64,000 nucleotides of DNA from Octopus sinensis (taxonomy: Eukaryota). The position numbers were made by a program, and so were the translations under genes. Shown in pieces: positions 37,500 through 49,359 of this stretch (position 1 is the stretch's first letter; each line of letters starts with the position of its first letter). The notes under the pieces were generated by a model, which was not told the DNA's origin, did no database searches, and saw nothing but the letters and a program-made list of their open reading frames with translations. The stretch lies in NCBI RefSeq assembly GCF_006345805.1, contig NC_043001.1:42718001-42782000 (forward strand), written 5' to 3'.

Positions 37500-37830
37500 T
37501 TGAGAATTCATGTGAAAACAGTGTTATTACCATTAAGATTAGTGAAGCTTTTGATCCTGCTTTACATGAGAACCTCCTTGCTAAGTTATCTACCTATGAA
37601 AAGTTTGCTATCTCACCAATCCATCACAACAGATGTTGTTGTGTCTCGCCAGTTTGCATTCTACCAATACTCATCTTAGAATTCTGCTACATACCACATT
37701 CTTCTGACCATATACACTCCTATGCAGATGATAGAATCATTCACTCCCACTTAACTTTCGGCAGACAAATTTCATCCACTTGGCACTTTGTGCTAGACTT
37801 TCTCTGCTTCCACAAACAAAAACCTTAGAA
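37500..37830 (+). mobile_element. LINE reverse transcriptase remnant (Jockey/CR1-like)
   Basis: IKISEAFD...LLAKLSTY and HSYADD motifs in one frame. Confidence 0.6.
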
Positions 37831-37921
37831 AAAAAATTCCTCAATGTCACCATGGCAATCTTGAATTTCATTGCCATAATTAATGGATGTGTATTATATA
37901 TATGATAGTGTATTACTCAAT

Positions 37922-38160
37922 TGCCTGCTTGTAAAATTAATGTGCAAGTGGCTGAGTACTCTACATACACACATACCCTTAACGTAGTACTCAGAGATAA
38001 GGCTGGCCCTTTGTATTACTACTACAACTCGTTTTTGACAACTGAGTGGACTGGAGCAATGTGAAATAAAGTGTCTTGCTCAAGGACACAATGTGATGCT
38101 GAGAATCAAACTCACAACCTCACAATCATGAGCTGAATACCCTCACCCCTAAGTCATGTA
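37922..38160 (-). mobile_element. SINE family C
   Basis: Reverse complement of the 11955 and 48262 copies. Confidence 0.7.
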
Positions 38161-38192
38161 AATAAATATGGTATATGACTTTCTGTTTATTA

Positions 38193-38240
<48 letters not shown>

Positions 38241-38354
38241 ATCATGTTGCTTTACATGCATATCAGTCAACAATCCTTGTTTACTTAAGGGATAACACAA
38301 AGCTTTCCAACCTAAATAAGACAGTGTGTTCATATGTACATTTATTTATTTTAG

Positions 38355-38469
38355 AGAGGTTTTATCAGCCATATCAAATTCAGTAATACAGAATAAGAAA
38401 CCTGCACTTTGCCAAACTCTTCCAAAACACGGCAAAGATATCATTCCAATTTCAGAAAGAGTTCTTAAG
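38355..38469 (+). CDS. PCSK7: PCSK7-like juxtamembrane exon EVLSAISNSVIQNKKPALCQTLPKHGKDIIPISERVLK
   Basis: T-rich TTTTAG acceptor, GTAAGA donor, 115 nt, phase 2 to 0; weak sequence conservation but correct phases and position. Confidence 0.8.
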
Positions 38470-40036
38470 GTAAGAATATAACTTTTTATCATTAATTTCT
38501 GGCTTGATGATATTTATTCATATATTGATACATCAACACTGTTTTGCATTTCTCATGTAAAAAAGACTTAATTATGCTTGCCTGATGTATAGTCTAGTGA
38601 TCTATAAAAAAGCTAGACTTGTATCAAAGATACAAGTGATTAGTTTCAATATTTTCAGTAATTAATTTAAAATTCAGTTAGAACTTTCATAGTTTCTGTT
38701 CTCATTCTTCATTACTGAATATGTGTAGATAATTGTCTGTGTAATAGTCCAATATATCATTAAAGATTTAATCAAAGACTTTCAAAATAATTTCTAAGCA
38801 TTGAAGGAGGGAATTTAGCAAAAAATTCTAAACATGAGCAAGATTAAGGCATTCTAAGACTCTCAATAAAAGTGGTCATTCTCAGTCTTGAAAACAAAAC
38901 AGGCATTAAATGTAATAACATACATCAACAGTAAGCAATGAAATCAATGGGAATACAAATATTTACAGTGTGATTTCAGAAGGAACAAATTAATACTACA
39001 CAGTGAAACTGAAAGTGACCATATACTTATTTCATGCAATGAGAATTGGTGGAAAATGTTTCTGGAATCTTCTAATGAAGAATAATGTGATATAATGTGT
39101 GTCTCTGAAGTTTGACAATAAAGACTGAATCAAATAGAGAATAAGCTGTATATGAACTTGTGGAACAAATTATATACAAGTAGTTAATATATACAGAAAA
39201 TATACTATAGAATACTAATAAAACATTTGTAGTATAAAGGTTGGGATGAAGTAATTCAGTTCATAGAATGTTTAACTTCAAAGATAAAAATATATCAGAT
39301 CAAGATGCAAAGAATATTTGCCCACTTATTTATCTTATAAATAATAGTCATTACAGAAAATAATAGTCATTATCATTTTTGTTGTCATCGTCGTCATCAT
39401 TTTACTTCCATTTTCCATGCTGGTATGGGTTAGATGTTCAGTGAGATCCTATAGGTTGGAGAACCTAATGTTTACTAACTCTTCCCTAAATTTATAAACT
39501 TTAGTTCAGCAGTCTTATATAAACTGGCCTTGTTTCTAAGCTATACTAGAGAACTGGCTTAACAAGACCATGAAAGACATTGATTTTGAAGGATGGGCTT
39601 AAAGCAGATGTCCAAATATTGGCCAGTATATTGCAAGCTGGCTTAAATACAAGAGGAGTTCACCACATATGAACATAGGTTTAAAAACCTTTTGTGTAAA
39701 ATACATCCAACACTAAAACAAATTCATGGGACTATACTATTCACCACACAAACAGTGATGTAACAAAGTACAATTTATTGGGTGCTGCTTTAGAGTAATA
39801 GATGAGCTAGTATCATCCATTGTCCTTTGGAGACCATGGCCTATGTGTAGGAAGTCACAAGTCCTTGTATTTAGATGTTGTCAGAGATATGAAATGTAAG
39901 GTGTGATACCTTGATTTAATCATACAAAGTCTATCTTGATTGAGGGTGCTGAGTGTTGTGATGAGAACAGCTGTATGAAATATATAACATCAGTATTGTT
40001 GTCTTCTTATTCAATTTTCATTCTGTTCTTTTATAG

Positions 40037-40435
40037 ATTTTGGCTGCAACTAATATATTCTTGGTCTTCCTAACATTATACCAAATGTTTGAATACATTG
40101 TATGTTATAAGGATGAAAAGAAAGAGCAAAAAGAAGTATTGCAACAGCAAATGCAGGCACATCGAATTCAGCAATATGCTACTGCTGACAATGATGGTAT
40201 AGTAGAATCAGAACGGTTGCTTCAGGATCAGGACAGTAGGAGCTCGCCAGCAGCTTTTGATTCCTCTGAAAGCATTAAAAATATGTCAGAAAATGTATCT
40301 CTGGACCTCACTTCAGAGCAGTTACAGTTAAACAGTCACTTTGAAAGCTACGAGTTAACTAATTCTCAAATGCAGGATAATGTTGACAGTGAAAATGATC
40401 CTATTGAAATACAGGAATCTTCTTTAATGACATAA
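40037..40435 (+). CDS. PCSK7: PCSK7-like last coding exon: TM helix ILAATNIFLVFLTLYQMFEYIVCY and acidic cytosolic tail, stop TAA at 40433-40435
   Basis: Polypyrimidine tract plus TATAG acceptor; 399 nt open frame; hydrophobic stretch followed by KDEKKE. Confidence 0.88.
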   Translation: MLAATNIFLVFLTLYQMFEYIVCYKDEKKEQKEVLQQQMQAHRIQQYATADNDGIVESERLLQDQDSRSSPAAFDSSESIKNMSENVSLDLTSEQLQLNSHFESYELTNSQMQDNVDSENDPIEIQESSLMT

Positions 40436-41075
40436 CCAGACAGAGGCGTTTTGAACAAGAGCATTCTTCCAGAAAATTTCTCAGGTTTACAATGCAGCAC
40501 TTTTGGTATATAACCCATGCAAGCATGGAAAAATGTACATGTTAATAATGAGGATCATGATGAAATAATGCCGAATTGCAAAACAATTTTGTAATGATGT
40601 GTCTGTGATATTCATTTTCAAGAAATTATGAACTAAACACAAATTTTACTACCATTTATCTTCATGCATTTATGTGTGTACGTGTGTGTATACATGTATA
40701 TATAGTTATACACAAAAGATAAATACAAATACACACACATCTATTTTATAATTCATAGTTAAGATATTTTTATATAAACAATAGTAATCAGTTTATTGTT
40801 TATAAATATATTCCAAAACAAACATATATTAGAAGGCTTGAGTGTGAAAGGAATATTTAGAATTTAAATACATTCTTCAGAGAAGACATACCAAGTTTCC
40901 ATCACTAATCAATTGCATAGAATATCCCTTTGTTATATAATGCAGTCATATATTTGTCAAAAATTAAGCTATCTACTGTTGGAATTGCTTAAGTTGTATA
41001 TTTGTACATTTGTTAGCTTGTCAGTAGACAATATATGTATTTTACACACAACACAGTGCAAATCAGAAGGAGCAA

Positions 41076-41081
41076 AATAAA
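41076..41081 (+). terminator. Possible polyadenylation signal AATAAA for the PCSK7-like mRNA
   Basis: Canonical hexamer about 640 nt after the stop codon; common by chance in AT-rich DNA. Confidence 0.25.
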
Positions 41082-42819
41082 TTTACATGTTAGAAAGTCT
41101 GGCTTTGAGAGAAATATTTAGAATATAAGAATTCTGTAAAGAGCAGTCATCAAGTGATGGAACACTTCACAGTTTCTCCGCATCAAATGCTTAGAATGTA
41201 TTTACATTTTAAATATTTCTTTCACAGCCAAGTGTTCTAATATTTAAATTATTTCACTCCTTCCTAATTGTGGTACGTTGTGCTTAACTAATGATGAGCA
41301 ACCAAAAGCAAAATTATGCAAATTAAGTTATGCACAACAGTAATATCCCTAATATATGCTTGCATTCTATAGGAGGTGAATATCCTAGGCTAATGAATCA
41401 GGGAAAAAAACTGAGTATATCTTGTCACAGGAGAATTCAACAAACCATCAAACAGTCCATCAAGAGATCAAATTATTTTATTTCTGCACATCAAGACCAT
41501 ACAAAGAATGTTTACATTTTAAATATTTCTCTCATGCCCATCCTTTCTAATATTTAAATCTGTTTCAGTCATTCTTTTTTCTGCTGTTTTGTTCATGAAA
41601 TGTGTATGTATATATATGTGTGTGCGCGTGTGTGTATATATATATATGTATGTATGTATGTGTGTGTGTTTGTGTATGTATATATATCTATGTATGTATG
41701 GATATGTGTGTGTGTATATATGTGCGTATATATCAAAATAAGCAACAGGATATCTAGAGATTATGCAGTACGATTGTTTCAAGCAACTTCATTTAATTGA
41801 ACAATGCAACCATTACATCAATCTAAATGCAGAGCAATCCTCAGCTGCAGAAATACGTAGAATTAAATTAAATTAAAACAGATGGACACATTAGTATAAT
41901 TTTACCTAAAACCTCCAAGAAGGTAAGGAGATAGACAAAGAACATGCTGTCTTCACTTCAGCTTAGAAGCTACTAAGGTATTTAGGAAGAACAACTTGTT
42001 AGAGATCTAGCTTTTCACTGTTTTTTGGGGTCAGATTTAATTTATAGTCTTGTTTATCAAATCTTTGTAAGTCAAAATCTAAGGCCAAAGAACAATGAGC
42101 AGTGACTGTTAGGAAAGGGGCTGAGAAAGTTGACAGAAATCATAGTGGGTATAGTCATAAAACTATCAAGATTAATTTGAAGCAATATAATGAGATTTGG
42201 TAAAGGAAATCTTAAATCAAGATGTTAGCTGACAAAAGGGCAAGACTTTAGTAAAGTAATAATGATAATACGGGGGGGAATTTTATCATGGGGTACTATA
42301 GTTAAATATTTTAAACAATATTGCCATAGTTTATAATTATGGCAATATTGTAAATATTAATATTCCTTTAGTTAATACCAGGTATTATAAATACAAGCTA
42401 AATAAGTAAATATTTATAGATACAAGCTAAATAAGTAAATAAACAATTTTTTAGTTTAAATACTTGAATTATTATACATTTTCTATAAGTTTTCTCTATT
42501 GATGTTACTAAGGTATATATACTTCATCGTGGTTTTTAGTGATTAAGCTATTTTATTCCTTTTCTATGGTGATCTACCCTACCTGATCATTTTAATACTT
42601 TATAATTTTTTCTTATCTGCTTCCCCTCTGGCTTAAGACAGGTTTATTTAGCCTGAGGGGAAGCAGATAAGAAAAAATTTGCCAATGTTCTGCACCGCGA
42701 GGACCAAACACTAGAGGTATTTTGTGTTGCAAGACAGTGTGAGCTGGTAGAGAAACATTAGCACGCCAGAAAGTCTGCTGAATGTTGACCAACAGAGGGA
42801 CCGGCTATCTGAATTGACA

Positions 42820-43562
42820 GTACCTTTCATGTGCATCTTGCTAGATTGGCAATGAAATGTAGGCGGCTGACCGGATGGATTCTTAGAACCTTTAGAACAA
42901 GAGACCAGGAAACCATGATGGTCCTCTGGAGGACACTTATCCTAAGCCACTTTGACTATTGCTCTCAGCTATGGTCACCATCCAGTGTCAAGTTAATCGC
43001 AGAACTTGAGGTGATCCAACGAAGCTACACCAAGAAGATAGCCTCTGTGCAGCATATAAGCTACTGGGAAAGACTCAAGAGATTAAGACTCTATTCCTTA
43101 GAGCGTAGGCGAGAAAGATATGCCATAATATACATCTGTAAGATCCTAGAAGGACTTGTCCTAAACTTTGGCATCGAAAGTTACACAAATGCTAGAACTG
43201 GGTGCCACTGCATAGTGCCAAGGACTCCAAATTTGCCATCAAGATGTAGGACAAGATACTGTGATAGCCTGGGCTTCAGAGCCCCACAGCTCTTCAATAT
43301 CCTCCCGAAGAACCTGAGAGACCTGCATGGAGTGGATGCAGATGTCTTTAAAATAAAACTGGATCTCTTCCTGTCAGGTGTCCCAGATGAACCAACTTCA
43401 CGGCAGGAGGTGCAGATGAGGGCAGCTGCATCGAACTCTCTCATGCACCAAATGGCAGTTGTTAAAAAGCATTTGTGAAGTAAAATTATGTAGCAACACC
43501 AAATGGTGGTGCCCCAGCATGGCCACAGCTCATGAGCTGAAACTAGATAAAACAAAATAAAA
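42820..43562 (+). mobile_element. 5'-truncated CR1-group LINE 3' end
   Basis: Open 215-aa ORF2 C-terminus (HFDYCSQLWSP, YWERLKRLRLYSLERRRERY); tail CCAGCATGGCCACAGCTCATGAGCTGAAAC followed by A-rich sequence. Confidence 0.88.
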
Positions 43563-43575
43563 ATAAAATATATAT

Positions 43576-43630
<55 letters not shown>

Positions 43631-43639
43631 CAATAATAC

Positions 43640-44560
43640 AGTGATTGTTTCTTATCAGGAACAAAATGTTTAATAGGACTGTTGCTTCTTTTCTGTTTCT
43701 TATCGCCACATTCTCTCTCTTTGTTTCTCTCTCACTTTCCCACTCTCTTACTCTTCCTTTCTTTCGGACTTGCTCTCACTTTCTCTTACTGTCTATCTTT
43801 CTCTATCTATTTCTCTTCCATTTATAAAAAACAAAAGATCTTGAGTAAGCTGAGAAAGAAAGTATTTTGAAAGATCAATCATAAATATCAGGCAATGACA
43901 ACGGAAAGCACACTTGCCTTTTGTATGTCCCACTATTTAAGCGATTAAAAATAACAAAAAAAGCATGTCTTTGTTAAATTTAGTACTTATTTTGGGAATT
44001 TTTCAACGATTGACCGTGCAAATGAAAGCTCTAAACATGGGCTACATGCACCTGTAAATTTCTGAAAAAATGAAAATTGTAAACAATCAAAAATAAAAGA
44101 CAAAAATAGGTAAAAATGAGAAATTTTTTACGGTGATGGTGGACGATAATAATTCATTCTAAAACACCTGTGACGGGAATATTTAAACTTTTGCGGCTGT
44201 CTACACTTTCTCTCTATAGATACAGACAGATGTACAGTGAGAGAGATGGTGGGAGAAAGAGTAACAGAGAGATGGCAAAGCTGTCAAACATCGTTATAGA
44301 GAGAATGTGGAGGGAAGGAAGGAAAGAGAGAGACGGAGGAAGACAGGGTGATATGCGAAAGGGAGAAATGACAAACACTTGTCGAAGTGTAGGTTTTGTT
44401 GTCCTAGTAACTACAGCTTTTGAGATGGTGGTTTCTAACCTAGTCCACTCACATCCTCGCCTCTTTTACATGTCCCTGTAAATTTTGGAGCCAATCCGAC
44501 CCCATCTAGTTCCAATCCCCAAATGAGACAAATAAACTTTTCGCATTTCAGCTTTATAGA
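43640..44560. mobile_element. Possible non-autonomous Helitron/Helentron-associated element
   Basis: Internal (CT)/(GA) microsatellites and a 3' end ...ACAAATAAACTTTTCGCATTTCAGCTTTATAGAT resembling invertebrate rolling-circle non-autonomous ends; recognised by impression only. Confidence 0.3.
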
Positions 44561-44752
44561 TATTGATATATATATATGTATGTATGTATGTATATGAAAA
44601 AAGTTTGAAAATGCAATTTTAAAGATGTTTATTTACTTGACCGGTTTCACTTTTTTAGAAAAAGATTGTCAAAAGTAAAATGTAAAGCTTTGTATAAGCT
44701 TTGTTGTGGTAAGTACTGGTTGTCACAAATGTATTAAAATACATATATACAT

Positions 44753-47700
44753 CATCATCGTTTAACGTCCGTTCTCCATGCTAGCATGGGTTGGACGGTT
44801 CGACCGGGGATCTGGGAAGCCAGAAGGCTGCACCAGGCTCCAGTCTTATCTGGCAATGTTTCTACAGCTGGATGCCCTTCCTAACGCCAACCACTCCGTT
44901 AGTGTAGTGGGTGTTTTTTGCGTGCCACCTGCACAGGTGCCAGGCGAGGCTGGCAACAGCCACGGTCAGATTGGTGCATTTTACGTTCCACCGGCACGGA
45001 AGCCAGTCAAGGCGGCACTGGCATCGGCCACGATTCGGATGGTGCTTTTTACGTGCCACCGGCACAGAAGCCGGTCGAGGTGGTGCTGGCATCGGCCATG
45101 ATTCGGATAGTGCTTTTTACGTACCACCAGTCCAGGGGTCCTGGCATCTGCCGGGTGCCAGTCATAGAATTGGTTCAATTTCAATTCCGATTTCAGTTTT
45201 GATTTCACTTGCCCCAACAGGGTGCCTGTCGTCGGATGAGGTTCGATATCGACTTCACTTGCCTCAACAGGTCTTTGTGTGTCCAAGGGAGGAAAGGCAT
45301 GCATAAGTGGGCTGGGCTCACTTGTCCTGCCTGGTCTTCTCACACACAGCATATTTCCAAAGGTCTCGGTCGCTGGTCATTTCCTCAGTGAGGCCTAAAG
45401 TTCGAAGGTCGTGCTTCACCACCTCGTCCCAGGTTTTCCTGGGTCTACCTCTTCCACGGGTTCCCTCAACTGCTAGGGATTGGCACTTTTTCACACACCT
45501 ATCTTCATCCATTCTCGCCACATGACCATACCAGCGCAATCGTCTCTCTTGCACACCACAACTGATGCTTCTTAGGTCCAACATTTCTCTCAGGGTACTA
45601 ACGCTCTGTCAAGTATGCACACTGACATTACACATCCATCGGAGCATACTGGCTTCATTCCTCGCGAGCTTACGCATGTCCTCAGCAGTCACGGCCCATG
45701 TTTCACTGCCATGTAGCATGGCTGTTCGTACACATGCATCATACAGTCTGCCTTTTACTCTGAGCAAGAGGCCTTTAGTCACCAGCAGAGGTAAGAGCTC
45801 CCTAAACTTTGCCCAGGCTATTCTTACTCTAGCAGTTAGACTTTCAACGCACCCACCCCCACTACTGACTTGGTCACCTAGATAACGGAAGCTATTAACT
45901 ACTTCTAGTTTTTCCCCCTGGAAAGTGACGGAAGTTGTTTTCTGCAGATTTTCAGAGTTTATTGCTCCTGAGCATCTGCCACATACAAAAACTATCTTCC
46001 AGTTAGCCTTCCTTTGACATTGCTGCACCTCTTATGTGTCCATAGCTTACACTGGGTACATCTTATAGAGTTTCTACCTACACCTTTTCTACAGATCGAG
46101 CAGGGCCATCTTCCTGAAGACATTTGTGGATTGTCTACCTTCCTACTTATTAGTACTTTGGTTTTAGCTAGGTTGACTCTAAGGCCCCTCGATTCTAAAC
46201 CTTCCTTCCACACCTGGAACTTCTCCTCCAGTTCTGATAGTGACTCAGCAATTAGAGCAAGGTCGTCAGCATAGAGGAGCTCCCAGGGGCAACCTGTCTT
46301 GAATTCCTCCGTAATTGCCTGGAGGACTATGATAAATAGGAGGGTGCTGAGTACTGAACCCTGGTGGACCCCAACCTCTACTTTGAATTCTTCTGTGTAC
46401 ATGTTGCCAACCCTAACCTTACTTACGGCATCCCTGTACATGGCTTGCACAGCCCTCACCAGCCATTCATCTATCCCTAGTTTCCTCATTGACCACCAGA
46501 TAAGGGATCGGGGGACCCTGTCAAAGGCTTTCTCCATGTCAACGAAAGCCAGGTACAGGGGCTTTTCTTTGGCTAGGTATTTCTGCTGCAGCTGTCTCAC
46601 CAGAAATATGGCATCAGTGGTGCTTTTCCCTGGCATGAAACCAAACTGCATCTCGTCCAAGTTGACTCTCTCCCTAATCAGTTGGGCTATGACCCTCTCT
46701 GTACCCTTCATTACCTGATCCAACAGCTTGATACCTCTGTAATTATTTGTATCTAGGGCGTCTCCTTTACCTTTGTAGCAGTTGACTAGTATGCTGCTAC
46801 ACCAGTCATTGGGTATGACTCCTTTGTGTATCACCTGGTTAACTATACGGGTGACTAGGTTATAGCCGACACTGCCAGATATTTTGAGCATCTCTGCAGT
46901 AATTCCTGATGGGCCTGGGGCTTTCCCTGTCTTCATGCTTCTAATTGCCATAACCACCAAAGAATTGTCAACTCAGATGGCTGGTCACTCTGTTGGGTTG
47001 ACATTCGGCAGACTCTCTTTATCCCATTCATTTTCTTTATTCAGCAACCTTTCATAGTGGCATCTCCAAACCTCTCTCTTGCATCCTCATTTATCGCAAG
47101 TGAACCATCATCCATGCAGACACATTTCTCTCCTACCACATCACGATTCTCTCTCACACACTGTCTTGCAACATGAAATACCTCAAGTCTTTCATCCTCA
47201 CGGCGCAGAACATTGGCAAATTTTTTCTTATCCGCTTCCTCTCTGGCTAAATAAACCTGTCTCCTAGCTTCCCTTCTGGCTGTCTGATACAATTCCCTGC
47301 TGTCACCATTCTTCCAGTCCCTCCAAGCCTGTTTCTTTTGTCTAATAGCCCTGTCAACCACATTGTTCCACCACCACGTTACTCTGTGTCGAGATGGGAC
47401 TTTGCTCCAGCCACTGACCTCAGCAGATTGTCCCGTAGAAATCTCCAGTTGTCTTCCACATTTAGTGAAGCTATATCCCCTTCTATTTCGTCAAAGGCTT
47501 CGAGTAGTATGTCTCTAAATCTCTGTCCATTTGCAGGATCTTTAAGCTTCCAGACCCTTCTCCTCCAAGCTAATCTTCTTCTGGGCAACCATTTAGCTCT
47601 GATCCTGAAGTTGCTAACTACTAATCTATGATGAGGAGTACATTCTTCACCTGGAAAGGTTTTGGCATTTATAAGTAGCCCTCTTTCCCTCTTTCTGGCG

Positions 47701-48131
47701 AGGATGTAGTCAATCTGGCTAGTGTGTCTGCCAGAATGGTAGGTGACTAGGTGAGAGGTAGGTTTCCTGAAGTTGGTATTGCAAACCATAAGGTCATTTG
47801 CATCGCAGAACTCCAGCAGCCTGGTTCCCTCCTCATTTCGAGAGCCAAAACCGTAGCCTCCATGAACGCCATGGAAGCCCCTGACATGCCATCCAACATG
47901 TCCATTGAAATCACCTGCCACAAAGAGAAGGTCACTGTCATTTGTCAACGAGGTAGCCCGCAATAGGGTGTCGTAGAATTGGTCTTTCTGTCCTTCCGGT
48001 AGCCCTGGTTGAGGGGCATATGCCGAGATGATGGTAGCTGACCTATGGTGAAGCACTAATCTAATTTTAAGTACTCTGTCACTTACTCTGACTACCTCGA
48101 TTACCTTAACTACCCATTTCTCCGCAAAAAG
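44753..48131 (-). mobile_element. RTE-clade LINE, about 3.4 kb, 5'-truncated inside the APE endonuclease, with RT, PHD-like finger, 3' UTR and (GAT)n tail; 9-bp TSD
   Basis: ISAYAPQ, AGDFNGHVG, IDYIL, KAPGPSG, VHQGSVLS, LLYADDL; only a few frameshifts; TATATACAT at 44744-44752 and 48132-48140. Confidence 0.95.
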
Positions 48132-48261
48132 TATATACATTCTTTGATAATAATAAGAAAATGTTAAAAACAGTTTACAAGAAAGTATTTAAGAAAATAT
48201 TCAATAAAGACTATTAGGAGTTCAATAAAAATCATGTTTGTTTGGTAGTATATATATATAT

Positions 48262-48548
48262 GTGAGGAGCGTGGCTTAGTGGATAGGGCATTCGGCTCAT
48301 GATAAGTTGTGAGTTCGATCCCGGCGATGTCCCTGAGCAGACAATTATTCCGTTGCTAGTCCACTCAGCTGGCAAAAATGAGTTGTACTTGTATTTCAAA
48401 GGTCACTTGTCACTCTCTGTGTCACGCTGATTTTCCCCGAGAACTATAGGGTACACGTGTCTGTGGAATGCTCAGCCATTTACTATTTCACGAGCAGCTG
48501 TTCCGTATCGTATCATGGGACCCTCGTCGTCGTAACCGGCGGAGTCTT
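48262..48548 (+). mobile_element. SINE family C
   Basis: TGGCTTAGTGG A box and GAGTTCGATCCC B box; body matches 11955. Confidence 0.8.
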
Positions 48549-48577
48549 AAAAAAAATATATATATAATGTAGGTATG

Positions 48578-48612
<35 letters not shown>

Positions 48613-48685
48613 ATGTATGGAATGTATATAAGTGTGTTTATATATATATATGTGTGTGTGTGGATGTATATATAATATATATATA

Positions 48686-49302
48686 ATCATCATCGTTTAA
48701 TGCCCATTTTCAGTGCTAGCAGGTCGCCCTATGATCCAAGGTAAGCACAGCAGGTCACCCTACGATCCAAGGTAAGCACAGCAGGTCGTTCTGCAATCCA
48801 AGGTACTTTGGATGGGCTGGGGCTATGTGAAACTGATGCAGGAAACAGCCATGAACTCACATTACCCGTCGGGTCTTTGAAGTCCCAGCATATCTCCAGA
48901 GGTCTCGGTTTTTCGTCATTGCCTCTGTGAGGCCCAACGTATGAAGGTCCTGCTTGACCACCTCATCCCATGTCTTCCTGGGTCTACCTCTCCCCCGGAT
49001 TCCTTCAACAGTTTGGGAGTGGCACTTCTTTACACATCTCTCCTCATCCATCCATAGTACATGACCATACTAGTGCAAACATCTCTCCTGCACACCACAT
49101 CCGATGCTTCTTATGTCCAGCAAGGGGTGGTGGTGGTGGTGACACCTGTTGCGCTCTTTCACCACAACTTTCTCTCAATCTCTCTTCCTGTTTCTTGAGT
49201 AATGCTGCAATGGACTGGCATCCTGTCCTGCTGGGGGAAACACATATGCCACAGAAACCGGGCCCATGAGCCTAGCTAGGCTTGAAACGGGCGACGTTTA
49301 TC
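48686..49302 (-). mobile_element. RTE subfamily B 3' fragment (minus, 48686-49122) fused to the 3' half of a family D SINE (plus, 49116-49302)
   Basis: CVKKCHSQTVEGIRGRGRPRKTW frame; the right part matches 15296-15485. Confidence 0.8.
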
Positions 49303-49359
49303 GGTTTTTATATATATATTATTTTAATACATACATATATATATATATTTTTTTTTTTT

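Larger units (their letters stand above)
1..40435 (+). other. PCSK7: Joined model of a PC7/PCSK7-like proprotein convertase gene: 16 coding exons in the window, 5' end outside the window
   Basis: Exons join with compatible phases through GT-AG introns into 2088 nt without an internal stop. Motifs: VVDDG (Asp), HHGTRCAGE (His), SGNGG (oxyanion Asn), GTSAAAP (Ser), P domain, TM helix. Absence of Cys-rich repeats and of RGD favours PC7 over furin. Confidence 0.93.

Noticed and set aside
37447-37828. Possible PCSK7 exon behind a CAGTAG tandem acceptor, in the correct phase
   Set aside because: The frame contains LINE RT motifs (ISEAFD, YADD) and has no fitting donor; the exon at 38355-38469 fits better.
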